From: Selaginella moellendorffii
Taxonomy: Eukaryota; Plantae; Lycopodiophyta
Length of the DNA stretch: 64,000 bases
Direction of reading: 5' to 3'
NCBI RefSeq assembly: GCF_000143415.4
Contig: NW_003314311.1
Location: 124,001 to 188,000, forward strand
Every line of letters begins with the position of its first letter. Position 1 is the first letter of the stretch. The notes beneath the pieces were generated by a model that worked only from the letters and a program-made list of their open reading frames with translations, ran no database searches and was not told where the DNA came from. Made by a program: the position numbers and the translations under genes. Below are positions 11,839 through 24,871 of the stretch, one piece after another.

Positions 11839-13778
11839 TAGTAGCATCATTATTAATTTCATGTATATCATTGTTTATTGGACAATTTATTCTAGCAGAT
11901 AGTATAAAAAAAACATATATATGTTTAAATCTGGACTTACATAAGTTGTATAAAATATAGAACCCACTTGTGTATTCCTACTAGAAGGTAATGAGTGTCT
12001 TAAAAATCTAATAAAAATTGAAGCTAAAAGATCCATATTTATTAGCATTGGAAGTGTTCTATTATCTCCATAATCCTCATAATGAAATATTTGTTGAGAA
12101 TAATCTATTAAAAAATATAAATAAGTAATTAAAATAAAACTTTTATATTTCATGTGAGAACGATTAGTATTTGTGATATAAAATTAATCGGATGTATTAT
12201 TCAATCAAATCAAACAGTCCATTTTGTATATAAGATAATATTTAGTATTAACATATTAATTTACAAATAAATCATCCAGTATTATAAAGGCAAAAATATG
12301 ACATATGTGGAAATGTTAAGTAGTGTCTTAACTCTTTTATTCTTTATTGTTTATTCTTTTAATTTTTAGTTTTTCCTTATATTTAATGCTATTTTCTTAT
12401 GTGATGGTATATGTGCAGTTATATTTTTCAATTGCAGATAAATTTACATTTAGTTTGTGTTTTGTGATTGTGTGGATTATAATATTTGCATGGGATATGT
12501 CACACATGTGTGCAATCATGTCATCTCCTCTTTTTTGAGTGATTCAATTCAATCTATAATCCATAGAACTTGGTATCCACTAGAAAGTGCAAAGCATTGT
12601 AAGATTTTGTTGTGAGCAATTAATGAGTGACTTTTTTATGGTTTTCTTGCTATGGATTTATAGCTAGCAACAGGAGTATACATCCTTCCTATGAAAGAAT
12701 TTGATGTGAGATTAAGCTCCTTGAGATTTTGTGGTGGTGGAGATACAAACCAATTGAAGTTGGTAGATTTTCATTGAGATCCAAGCACTTGATCTTTTGC
12801 AATTGTGGAGGGATCTTTCTCAAGAGGATGTTGCTTCTAAGATTGTGCCAAGAGCCTTAGAAGCATGGTGGTGGTAGAAATTAGGCTTTGCTAGGTTACT
12901 GAGTGAGATTGACATTTTTGCTTGTAATGCATATTCTCTCTATCTTGGCATTACATGGTGACTAATTGATGAGTTTGGTGCTTGAAGAATTATACATAGC
13001 ACTAATGTGTACAAAACCATACAAACATGGCATGCCAATGCTTTGAAAACACTTACGTCCAAACATTAATTTATGAGTCCAAATGTATACTAGAAATAGT
13101 GGGTAGGTTAAATGTATAATTATTTGAGACATTGTCTTGCTCTCCACTGGGCATTACTATTCTTGTTTGCATCTGGTTTAGGTAAGCCCAAGTTCCATAC
13201 CATGCTAATTAATTTTAGCATTGGGTTTCTAAGGGCTATAGGGGGTTTCAAATGTATAGTAGAGTAAAAGCATACTTGACCACTTGAAATATTATTTGGC
13301 TCCCTAATAAGTATATATTTATGCTTGTTTTACATTTTGTTTCTCAAGTTCCATACCATACTAATTGGTGGAGGCCCCATATCTTTGCATTAAGGCATCA
13401 GTATTAAATAGTGTTATACTTTTTTGGCTCCATTTTATGTTTTAATCTTAGTGTTGGGAAATGCTTTAGGATTGTTACAATGTTCTAACATATAAATTAT
13501 TAATATCTTCAATAAATTTATAGATTATATATAAGATAAAATTTTGTCTATATGGAACAGAAAGAGCTTGTGGTCTTTCATAATACTCAATTATACAGTG
13601 AGTATGCAAAATGAATAAGAATAATAAAGCAAGAGAAATCAATATAGTAATTTATAAATTTTTCAAGTTATTTTAAATAGTTATATTGAAACTAAATATT
13701 AAAAATATAAATACATAAATCTATATAAATGAAGATTATAATATTATAATTTTTCTTATATTTTCCTTTATATATTAT

Positions 13779-14694
13779 TATGAGGTCTAGATGTACAGCT
13801 ATAATACCATATACTAATATTAGCCTAATGGATTTTAATGCCATCAAATTGGTTGTAATTTGGACCACTCACTCTTATATATAAGCTAGGGTTTTTAGGC
13901 TAATTAAATATGGACATTATTGTAATCCATTTTCATATTACATGCACTCATATTAGTGGATATGAGGGTAACTTTGATTGTCTCTAAGGAGTGCTTGGAT
14001 TTGAGCTTTCAGTTTAGATCTAGCTTTTATATCATCTAAATCTCATATACTCTTTTTATTTTCCATTTCTTCTTTTTTGCTTTTCTCCTTTTCATTAATC
14101 TTTATTGCAAAATAGTAGCCTTCTCCTCCTTTGACTCTATCCATATAAGTTTCCCATATGTCTATCTGATGTCTTACAATTCATATGTCTTACAATGTCT
14201 TACAATCTGATGTCTTACAATAAGACATTGTAGTGATATAATAATTTGGTTATAGCCACTCGTGCGGATTGGAGCCTTATCTCAGATGTTTTCAAATGTG
14301 CATTTAGACATGTTAATGATTGTGATGATGCCTTTTAGTACTTACATCATCTTTGCTAAAGGCCATAAGTAAGTTAGTGTTTGCTTCTAGAACCTCTTGT
14401 TTATTACGGAACCAAATATGTTAGAGTGGATCAAGTTGGGAATGTTGTGGCTAGTGCTTCATAAAGATTTTGTGGAACTAGCTATATATACATTTGCCTT
14501 AGCCACCCTTGATGATACTCTTCAACTGACACATGACACTCTTCAACTGATGCTATGAGATATTACTTTTCCCATATATCATTACATGTACTTCACTTCC
14601 AGTTTTAGTGGGAGATGATCTTGTTCTGATGCAAGTTGATGCTATTACTTCTTGTGTTCAAGGGCAAAGGCAAGGGCAAGGATAATGTCATGGT
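13779..14694 (+). mobile_element. Older, deaminated, truncated copy of the 6908-11838 gypsy family (LTR, PBS, gag)
   Basis: Colinear with 6908-7990 (e.g. atactaatattagc, taagctagggttttt, catgcactcata), with pervasive C>T/G>A changes. Confidence 0.85.
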
Positions 14695-16130
14695 TGTTAG
14701 GTGCCAGCTTTGGCCACGTGGTTAGCATCGGTAAAAGGGAAGCTCAAGAGTATATGAAGGCATATTAGGGTAAGGAACTTAACCTACCCTAGGGCTCATA
14801 GTGGAGTGGCAGTATAGTGGAGCTTTTGAGGTAGTTCGGGGGGGTGGTTAGGTGGTGAGGAACCTTAAGAGGAGGTGTAACATAGTTTAGGAAGACTAAA
14901 TTTTTGTCTTTTCGCGCCAAATTATAATATTGGTATCATAAGAGTTGGTTGCGATGGTTGACCAAGTTGAATACTAGAATCCTATTGTCGATGGTGGTGC
15001 CAAAGATGGTGCTAATGGAGCTATGGAGGTTTAAATCATTCAAGATGTTGTTCATGAGCTCTAAATGAAAATCAACAAAAGATGCAAGATAAGATGCATG
15101 GCATGATGGATACCATGCATGAGCATGTTGAGGCACTCAAGGCTAGATGTGGTAGCACTCCAAGAAGCCTTCCTTGGTAGATTGACTCAAGATTTTAACC
15201 TTTACCACATATAAGTAAGAGTTACTCTCTATTATTCATACTTTACAGACGTGGCAACACTATCTTTATGGTGTAGTGTTTGTGGTGAAGATGGATCACA
15301 AACCTTTTGTGTATCTTTTTACACAGAAGGAGTTGAACACTAGGCAAGCTCATTTGATGGTTAAACTTATGGAGTTTGGGGAATTTCTTATTGAGCATTG
15401 TTTGGGAACATTAAATGTGGTGGCAAATATTTTATCTCATATTTGTCATACAATGGCAGAATATGAAGTTGAGTATTGTAAATCATGCAAGCTCTGTTAG
15501 CAAGTAAAGGTGCCATAGGAGAAGCCAAGAGGACTTTTGCAACCTTTACTTATTCCTTAGAGCTGTTAATGTAGTATTTTTATGGATTTCATTACTTGTT
15601 TGCCACACACACAAAAGCAAAAAGAGCAAATATGGGTTATAGTGGATCGGTTGATGAAGTATGTGCAATTGTTGGCTCTTCGGAAGATTATCATTGCCTC
15701 AAACTTAGTTATAGTCTATTTAGAGAAGGTTTTTCCTGATTTTAGTTTGCCAGAGGACATCATTAGTGATTGAAATTCAAAATTCACAAGTGGATTTAGG
15801 AAGAGCTTTGCAAAAGCTATGCAAGTGATTTTGAAACTCTCAAATGAAGATCACCCACAGACAGATTTGCAAACCAAGTGTGTGAATCAGGTGGTGGAAG
15901 ATATACTATGCTGTAGCATTGGTAAAAGGTAGGGACAATGAGATTTATATCTTTCGTTGGTGCAATTTGCTTACAACAATAGCTTCCACCAAATGGCTAG
16001 GGGATGATAGCACAAATGGAAGGAGGATTTCACTAATTTACACCCGGCTAGAGCTCTTTCCACCAAGAAGAAGGTGTTGTTTTTGTTCCCAGAATTCCTA
16101 GAAAATTTATGGATTCTCAACTATGGGCAG
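14695..16130 (+). mobile_element. Internally deleted chromovirus-like Ty3/gypsy relic
   Basis: PBS-Met TGGTATCA at 14931; RH remnant (DHKP...ELNTRQA) and integrase remnant (MDFITCLP...IWVIVDRLMK...IISD, HPQTD). Confidence 0.7.
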
Positions 16131-16406
16131 TGTGACATCCATAGTTGCAGCTAGGTTTGCCTTCTTCCCCCTGACGCCACTGTCATATGCAATGATCCAG
16201 GACTAGATCACTAGCCACTCGGATGTAGGCTGTGTGATTATTATCAACTAGTTGTTTTTGATCTTATGGTCTTGTTGGGCCAAAAAAAAAAAATGTTACT
16301 CTCAGCAATAGATATCTAGGCTCTCACAACAATTAAGAACGTAGTGAAATGTGATACATGATGTGAATTGCAAAATTCTATGAATTATCAAAGGGTATGT
16401 GCTTGA

Positions 16407-17217
16407 GCGCTTGCGCGGATGAATAGCGATGACTTTTCACTCGCAGTCTCAGAAAATAATGTCCCTGAAACGCCCAAGAAAGTTGTAAAACAACTACTTA
16501 GTGAATCACTCCTGCTAGAATTTCCACCTCAGCAACCAAATCTCCCTTACCTCATGGGAATCTATAAAGCGCACAAGAATAAAATGTGCTGGTTAACAAA
16601 TGTAGAGGGATGTGCCATTTTTGAAATCACAATATGCCTAACAGCTATCTTAAAAGGGATACAGGAGGCACTACAAAACATGGCTGATGATTTCTATGCA
16701 CGGGCAAAATTCTTTGGAGGAAAGACGAATGCATGCTGGATCCGTGGATCCACAAAGGAGTTCACGATTAATCTCCCAAACAGGATCACCATGATCTACA
16801 CGGGGGATATCACCAAGTGCTATGAAGACATCCCCCTTGAGGGAAATCAAGGCCTTACGACGGCCATGACAAATCTTGTCAATTTAGCTTTTGCACACCA
16901 AAACCACCTCCAAAAAGACCTTTTTCTGATTCAAAAGAAGAATGGCGAGCTTGAGGCTGAATGGAAACCTCAGCGCCACTCATCAGTAAAGGCTACTAGA
17001 ATGGATCCAACAAAAGTTATCGTGCTAAATAACTTTATTATCCGGAACACATATGTCCGGCTGGGCAATAGAGTATGGAGACAAGTTCGAGGAATTCCTA
17101 TGGGCTTCTCGTGCTCACCTTTGTGGTGTAACTTGTACCTGTTCTATTTCGAGTATAACTTTATTACTCGACTCAAAAGTGTAGGCCGGTATGATTTGTT
17201 GCACCTCTTTGAGCACC
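16407..17217 (+). mobile_element. Penelope-like element (PLE) reverse transcriptase fragment
   Basis: ORF 16419-17255: PYLMGIYKAHK, GDITKCYEDIP, RQVRGIPMGFSCSPLWCNLYLFYFE are PLE-type RT motifs. Truncated just before the YxDD box. Confidence 0.8.
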
Positions 17218-17589
17218 TCTGGAATTCTATGAATTATCAAAGGGCATGTGCCTAAGTGTACACAACCATTTGCTACCTCATGTTCACTCTGTGAGTGTGG
17301 GGCGAATATGGCCATTCATGGACTTGTGTTCCGGTCAGCTTGATTGCATGTGGATAGTGTGGCCCTTGACTTGTCCATGTAGCATCGATGGCACGCACAA
17401 CACCTAGTGGCAAATTGAAACTAAATTAAGTCCTTACTTTGTTATGTTTAAAAAGCATCCCTGAACAACAGTGGAATTGGGATTGCATTTGAGTAAGGAT
17501 GTTCAAGACAAGTTTAATTCAGAGGTGATTGATTTAGCCATAGAACTTGATGAGATTTTGATGGTGTGAAAATAGAATTTGCAGGGTTG

Positions 17590-18160
17590 TGAGGGGTTTT
17601 AAATGAATGTGTAATAGGGATAGTGGGTAGGTTGAATATGACCAACTAACCTAAAGCTTAATCTAGCTCCCACTTGTCCTTGTTTTGAATGTTTGTGCCT
17701 GTCCTTGTGTTGCATTTGGCTCAGGTCTAAGCCTAAGTTCTAAACCATACTAGCTAGTGAAGTATCCATATCATCCTGTTAGACCACTAGTATGCTGAAA
17801 TAGCACTAGACTTTGTTTGGCTCCATTTTGCATACTGATTCTAGCATTGGGATGTTAAAAGCTCTATAACTAATCCAAGTCATTTTGTGCTACTATCCCT
17901 TTGCTCTTTGGGCTGAACACTCAAGAGTCACTCTATGCTTTGGTTCCTTTGCTCCTTAGTTGTAAGCTTGGAAGTTTGGCTTTGTTCCTTCATTTGGTGG
18001 CCCAAGGCCCTGAAACATGGGTTCCAATCTATTGTCCTTGGACAAATAGCATGTGGCATATAGCATATGACATATGGTTTATGATAATTTAGATTGCACT
18101 TCATTGTTATCCTATGATAAATCACTATAGGATAAAGGGTGAAAACCACATACATTACAA
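17590..18160 (+). repeat. Partial LTR related to the 60309-61220 / 52950-53500 LTR family
   Basis: Shares gggatagtgggtaggtt, ggctccattttgcat, ctagcattgggatgtt and ataaagggt.aaaaccaca. A more degraded piece lies at ~13060-13500. Confidence 0.65.
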
Positions 18161-19119
18161 CCATGAGGAAATAGAAATTGCATGTATTGATTCTTGCACT
18201 AAATCTAGAATCTTGATGCTAAACCATGTATCCCAACCAAATCTACAAGACATGATTACTATTTCTTGAATTGATTCCCAAATGAGAATAAAACCCACTT
18301 ATCCTATCTAAAAAGAATGAAAAATAAAAATACATCTTTAGAATTTGAGCATGATGCCTAGAATTTTGTAGTTGGGCACATTCCTCCTTGCTTCTAAAGT
18401 CTCTCCAACACTAGTGCCATCACTACAACTTGACTAGAAGGCAATCCTCCCTAGTGGAGTCACCAAATATTGAAAGGGGAGCCTCTCAACAATGAGGAGA
18501 ACACTCTTTTATACATTGAAATCCTACTCAAACATATTTGTTATGTGAACTCTCTTACCCTAGAAAAATAAGGAAGAAGGGGAATATACTCTTGTGCCCT
18601 AGCATCTTCTCACACCTTTAAAATATTTTGATAATAAATATTTTAGGGAATCTTGCTCAAAGCTCTAAACCATCTCTTAACACTTAAGAGTAGATTGTTA
18701 GATGGAGAAAGTGTGTAGTTGAGGCATTAACACTATTAATACTTGTGTTAATGGAAGTGGCATTGTTATGTCAAGTGATGAGGAGTTTCCTTTAGAGTTT
18801 GATTTTTTATATCAAGTTTTAGGTGTTCATTTTGCATTTTATGGATGTCATATGTTGATTATATGGGCATTATATTTGATGCTTAAGCATACTCACCATA
18901 GAAAAAACTTTCAAATGAAAGAAAACTATATACATATATGACAGCTTTAAATTAGTTAAAATATGTAGTCAAATCAAAATATGACAACTGTAACAATAGT
19001 CATAGTAAAATAATATAGCTTTAGAAAAGATAGATTCTCGTTTTAAAATGACTCATTCTAGTAGAAACTTTTGACCTAGGTACCTATATGTTTCAATATT
19101 TTAAATTTCATCAGAACCT

Positions 19120-19590
19120 TTGAGTAAGGCTTTTTCTGTTTATACTCACATTCTTGCCTTTACCTTCAAAATAGTGATAAACAAACAAAAATAAGAATGT
19201 ACAGAAGAGAAGAATAGAAAAAGAATGAAAAGAGAATAAAAGAGAACTTAACCTTGAACCCCAAAAGTGTGAATAAGGATAAACATATGTCACTCTCTTA
19301 ACTCTACTTTACACAAACAGTTATGGGTGGGAAAAAAGTTAGTTAATTCAATGCAAATGCATACAATAGTGAGTGAGGGTTGTTTTTCAGCATGTTAAGT
19401 GCTACTTATATACTACATAATTTTATAACCATTCCTAACTAATTCATGCTTATCTATGATGAGTATTGCCTAGGTCAAGTCTTTCTTCTTTGGATGCCTA
19501 AGCTTAGGCATAATTCCATTTTGCTTAAGCTTTCTTTTTATGCTTTGCCTAGGAAGATACATAAGATAAAACATTTACCTCTTCATCACT
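19120..19590. repeat. Dispersed ~450-bp repeat (second copy at ~58695-59130)
   Basis: Colinear matches such as aggctttttctg, ttgaacccca, aatagtgagtgagggttgtttttcagca and aagataaaacatttacctcttcat. Confidence 0.8.
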
Positions 19591-20361
19591 CCCCAATGAC
19601 AAAGTTACTTCCTGTCCTCAAATAGTTGGATTGTCCAAATTCTGCTCTAGGTTGTTGAGCTTACTTTTCATAGTAACAAGCTCAAGGCTTTGGTGTAGAT
19701 CGTCAAGTTCTTAACACATGATCTAATTTTCCTGGTTAAGCATTATGATGCACTCTGCGTCGGTGGATATGGAAGTTAAGATTGAACTCTTGAGTTCTTG
19801 GATTATATAGCATTGATAATTCTACTCGCTTATAACTCTATCCACTTTCTTAGTGATTGTCTTGAGGTAGCTCAAAACTTGCACTTAGTATTTTGTAGCT
19901 TCCTTGTCTTCTACTGATTGCATCAGCTCACTAGTTGCTTGCCTCTTCCCTTGATATGTTGAGTAAACTCCTCCATGAAGTTTAGGATTTTTGGCTTGCT
20001 TGGCTGATTCATAGTCTTGTGAGCGAAGGTGCAATTAGCCTTGACTATATAGTGCTACTGTGGTGTCTATTGCTGTTGTGGCTGCCTCATCTTGCTAGAT
20101 TGATTGATCAAAAGTGTGTCACTATCAGATGTATAGGTGGACTAGAGAAGACTAAGTTTGTACTCCTTCGGTTCACCTACACTCTCTTTTGTAGCTTATC
20201 AATTTAGATTTGAAATTGATCCAATGATTTTTGACCCAATTGTAAGCAACCAAAGGGAACGACTCGAGAGACGATCCATGGGGTTCAAATATAGAGGGAA
20301 AGGGCCCATGAACAAGAGTGCACCCCCTTTTCCAATCGGTTAAGGGTCTTGGGATAGTTGG

Positions 20362-20417
20362 AGTTAAGCGTCCTTGGGTTTGAATAGTACTGGGCTGGGT
20401 GACCTCCCGGGAAGTCC
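20362..20417 (+). promoter_or_regulatory. 5S rRNA-derived Pol III internal control region (A box to C box) in the 5' LTR
   Basis: AGTTAAGCGT..TTGGG....A.TAGTACT.GG.TGGGTGACCTCC.GGGAAGTCC matches the 3' half of plant 5S rRNA. Confidence 0.9.
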
Positions 20418-20760
20418 AAACTCAGGAGCTTACATTTGGTATCAGAGGGGTCTCGGGTCCGACTCTGTTGGTTGGCTAAGGGAATCACACCACATGTTGA
20501 TTGACATCTGGCTGGTCCAGTTTGCTCCCGCTGGGCTCGACCTGAGGGGTAGGGTGTCAAGAGAGCGAGGCTCTCGAGAGAGCTGCGGCTCTCAGCTTCC
20601 GTTCACGAGGGCGTGAACTTGCAGGGAAGCGTGGTGGATTGTAAGCAACCAAAGGGAACGACTCGAGAGACGATCCATGGGGTTCAAATATAGAGGGAAA
20701 GGGCCCATGAACAAGAGTGCACCCCCTTTTCCAATCGGTTAAGGGTCTTGGGATAGTTGG

Positions 20761-20816
20761 AGTTAAGCGTCCTTGGGTTTGAATAGTACTGGGCTGGGTG
20801 ACCTCCCGGGAAGTCC
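20761..20816 (+). promoter_or_regulatory. 5S rRNA-derived Pol III internal control region in the 3' LTR
   Basis: Identical to 20362-20417. Confidence 0.9.
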
Positions 20817-20999
20817 AAACTCAGGAGCTTACACCAATTATCAGCAAGTGTATTTCTGTCTATAGGTATCCAAGCTTTATTGTGAACTGTTAAAGTTCCT
20901 CTAATAGCTTTTTTGCCTAAGATTGCATAAAATTTTAACAATTGTCTAGTAGGTAGAATTTTATAAATCTTTTATAAGTTATAATACTGGGGATTTACT

Positions 21000-22950
21000 T
21001 CTAACTCAGATAGATAGACTATTTCTTTATCTAGGAAAAATCTTAGTACTATTTTCTTTATATCCACAAATATAAGTCTCGCTTACACTGTGTATTTATA
21101 AAGTAATTTAGGTGTATTATCACACTTTATTTGACAATAGTAAAGGTATTGGGAGTCAAAATTCTATATATCTTGAGTAGAATATTGTTAAGTACCTCGC
21201 TTGGTAATTTGTCGAGTTGTTTAAGTAATTTCATTGAACCTATCATTTGTTGGCATAATTAAGCACACAAAATAGTTTATTTTTTGTTTTTTTATATTTT
21301 TGCCTAGTCATATAAAGTGGGGATCAACCAACTTTTGTGTGGGTCTATAAGCATAATGTATGTTTTGATAGGTGTGATGGATTGCTGGTAAATATTTTTA
21401 TTTTGTTTACTCCGATTCCCTCATTCAACTTCTATCAAGATTGTGGAGGGTCATTAATCCTCAATCTCTCCACCTAGATGCGTAGGAGGACCTTTCTATT
21501 TTGCCTATACTTAGTGTGGTTAAAATTAATTTAGTGCAAGGCCTCTGATGCATAATAGCCAATTCTAGAGTAGCCTGCCTACTTCACAGTGGGTCTTACC
21601 CTTTGGCTTACAACCAATTTTGCATTTAAAATTATGAAATTAGAAAGAGTGGTATATTGCTTTTGGCAAATTCTAGGTAAACCTCTTTTAAACGGATCAA
21701 CACTAAAAGCTAATTTGAATGGGGGGTGGAGACCATTCCATGAAATTGCCTTGTACAATTAACATAAGGGTTAAAATATCTAGTGCATGATAGCATATTC
21801 TAGATCAATTTCATTGTGGAATGACATTAGGTGGTTTTTCAAGCATATAATAGCTAATTTGTGGAAGATTTTGTTTCAGATCTAGACAAAAATTATTTTT
21901 CAAGGCAGATTTCTCTCTAGCTTCTTTACCAATAGGTGACAATAGTCAATATAAATCTCTACTCAAGCTTGTTTGACAAATTCTTAAGTTTTGCAAATTC
22001 TTAAGCTTTGCAATGTATTTCAAAATTTTTAGAAGTGTCTGAGGTTATTTCACAATTTTAAATAAAACCCTTTTTTATATTTCAAAGCTTGTTCTAGTTC
22101 TTTAGAGATCAAAGTAACAGTAGTAGTGTCTCCAAGACTTAGGCATAACAACAAGCTTTACAACTCTTTATTTTGTGTTTATAGCGTGAAGCTTCTTGAT
22201 TGCTTCATCTAGCAAAAGCTCAATTAACATGGGGTGATTTATGCATTCCAAACGTATGCAGAAATTGAACTATAACTCTTACTGAGGTAGTTGTATAAGT
22301 TTTCCTACATAAAAAATATTCACTAGGTGGAAATTCTCTCTTGTGAAGAGATACATACATTTGTGAATCACATCTCATAAAGGGTGGTTCATGCCTTGCA
22401 AATAGTGTTTCATGCCTAGAGTGCTTAATATTTCCTCTAGCAATTGAGCATTGCTTAATTAGTTTGAAGGGTAAATTTTCACATCTATTCACTTGTATAT
22501 TTGTTCTTTATCTATGCCTTACTTTAGGAAGTATGGGGCATATTTCATGTGATTGCCCTTGATTCCTCCTTATGGGGTTAGATATGATGTGAGTGCTCTC
22601 AAAATTTATAGGAAAGTGACACCTTTCACATTGAACAGTGTTTGTAATCTCAAATATTTGAGTAATCTCTCTATGTATAAAAGATGAGTCTTGATTAATT
22701 AGCTTAGGTGTACTAGGTACAAAGTAACATATTGAACATTAAATATAATAATGTTTTGTGCTTTCAAGATGTCTCACCATGTAACCATATCAAGAAAAAA
22801 ATCTTGTAAAAACATATGACACTACTCTTGAAGTGCTGAAGGCCATCCCTCTCTAGTAGGAAGATCTAAAATTTCATATATAGGGATCTTTAGTTTAACT
22901 TCATTATAACCCCTAATAGAAAGAGGATTGTTATGTGGAGTTCAACTGGG
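21000..22950 (-). mobile_element. Possible highly degenerate L1-type LINE RT relic
   Basis: Only weak minus-strand fragments (QSSF..., DMVTW, QG..ICP.L) in LINE RT order. Confidence 0.3.
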
Positions 22951-24871
22951 TTTTACTTATTTATTCTCTATAAAATTATTGAGTACAGTTTTGACATGCT
23001 TGAAACTGGAAAAGAGCAAATGGGGCTAGAGTTGAACTAAAGTTTGAGTTCACATCTGTTGTAGTCTATATAGCCGAAGCCCCTAATAGGGAATTTGAGG
23101 GACTTAGGGGGGTATATGTTCTATTGCTTGTTATATAGAGGTGAAGATGGAATATTGGTATAACTTAGGGATGGAGATAGAGATTGATATGAAATATTGA
23201 GGGGTAAGTACAAGTAGCGATGACTTTCCTTTTACCCATTCCTATATAAACCTTTTAGCTTTGCAAGGAGCTTAACAGAAAAATTATGATAGCTATAATT
23301 TTTCTTGGTAATTTATATACTAAATTTTGTCTTGGGAATGAGGTTTATTTATTATGACATTGATAATACTTATATTCTTGAAATATCTATCTCAGAGATA
23401 AGGCTTCATAACCAAATGTTGCTGCACCATTGTAGGAGGATGTGAAGCTCCACTCCTATAAGGCCCCCATCAAAGGTATTAAAGAAACTCCTAGCCGTTT
23501 AGGAGAAATTGAAATCCAAAAGTGGAAACACTTCCTTCAAGGGAAAAAAGGAAGAGGAAGGAAGAGAGCCCCATATGATGCTACTGTAGTGCATGTGTTA
23601 CTACTGCTGTCCTCCACACTCCCTCCTTCGCTCCTCCTCCCACTCTCTCCCTAGTGCCTTCTTGCTCACTCTTGACACTTAGAAGGTTTTGGTTTTTACG
23701 TTTTGGCTAACAATTGAGTTGGATACCACAAATGACTCCCAAAAACATTGTGAAAATATACCTTGTTTTTCTCATATAAAAGGATTGGGATATAATCAGG
23801 TAAGTAGAGTTTTCTATATAAAGTATTGTATAAATTAAAAATACCATAAACAATTTTATAGAGTAGATTTGTTAGTGCTCTCCTGTGCTATTCATTTCTT
23901 TATTTCTTTTGCTCTGTATTATTGTTTTAGAAGTAATAAGAGCATTTTTATCAATAGTGACAGTGGTTTTCACATTCTTAAATGGGTAAAAAGGACTACA
24001 AGTGTAATATGAAGATTGTGGTAGTGAAATAAAGTTAACATTCTCATATTCTCTTGCATTACAACTCTTATTTATAAATGTTTTGTTTTTCTTACTTCTA
24101 TTAAGTTATAAGAATTTATGTTGAGGTGATCCTAATTTAAAATTATAGGTAGAAGGAAGTTAGTTGAGTTTTGAAAACTTAAATATTTAGAGTGAGAGTC
24201 ATTCTTTCTCTAGATTGAAAATTTTTCCAAGGATTTCTTTTAGGTATTTTTAATAGCTGATCTATTGATTATTTTGCTCAAAAACTATTCCTTTTTTGTG
24301 AGTTATTGCAAATTAGTGAAGGTTTTAGAGTCGACTTTTGTTAATTTAGACCTTAGTAAATAGTTTGTATGATGCAGCTTGAAAAGGATATTAACTTTTG
24401 GGGTTAAAACAATTGAGTTGGATAGAATCTAAAGTTGGTATAAAGAAATGGTTGTTGCATTTTTCAAGAAAAATAATCTTTATGTTTTTCTTTGTAGTGT
24501 CAGTGGTAAGTTGCACCTTGTATTTCATTAGACTTTATGAAAGTAATGAACTCTCACTGATCATGATTTAGTCTTGGCAACCCTACGCTTCAGTTGAGAA
24601 TAGTGATGTCCAACTTAGTTGTTTGCAATTGAGGTGTTAGTACCTATATTATAGCCTTGTTGATTAAGAGGTTATATATTTGTGTAAGTCTATTTCATGG
24701 TCTTCACTTTAGTTTAGGCTAAATGTTGATCATTTATAGCTAACCGCTTTAGTTGTGCTCAAAAGTTGTTGGCTAAATATAATTAGATTCAACTAAACAT
24801 TTGTCCATACTTATCCATAAGCTTTTATATTGTATCTAGAGTATTACCTTTTTGTTAGACAAGTATGAAAT

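Larger units (their letters stand above)
6314..12153 (-). pseudogene. Secreted GNA/bulb-type mannose-binding lectin chimera (~300 aa), interrupted by the Ty3/gypsy at 6908-11838
   Basis: Removing the retroelement and one TSD joins 12153-11843 in frame to 6907-6314 (…INNDAT|RNLLLRV…). The C-terminus has three lectin repeats: (Q>*)HDCNTV, QEDGNLVLY, QLNCDLILY, with WATKT/WSTET motifs. The N-terminus MKYKSFILITYLYFLIDYSQQ looks like a signal peptide. Lesions: 1-nt loss in the A-run at 11906-11913 and TAG at 6602-6604. Confidence 0.8.
20241..20833 (+). mobile_element. Cassandra-like TRIM carrying 5S rRNA-derived sequence in its LTRs
   Basis: Identical 194-bp LTRs (20241-20434 and 20640-20833); TSD CCAAT; PBS-Met TGGTATCAGAG at 20437-20447; 205-bp non-coding internal region. 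Confidence 0.95.

Noticed and set aside
20362-20816. Genuine 5S rRNA genes
   Set aside because: Only ~56 nt of the 3' half, diverged, and embedded in LTRs.
23150-24870. Possible gypsy gag-pol relic
   Set aside because: Motifs too degraded to support a call.
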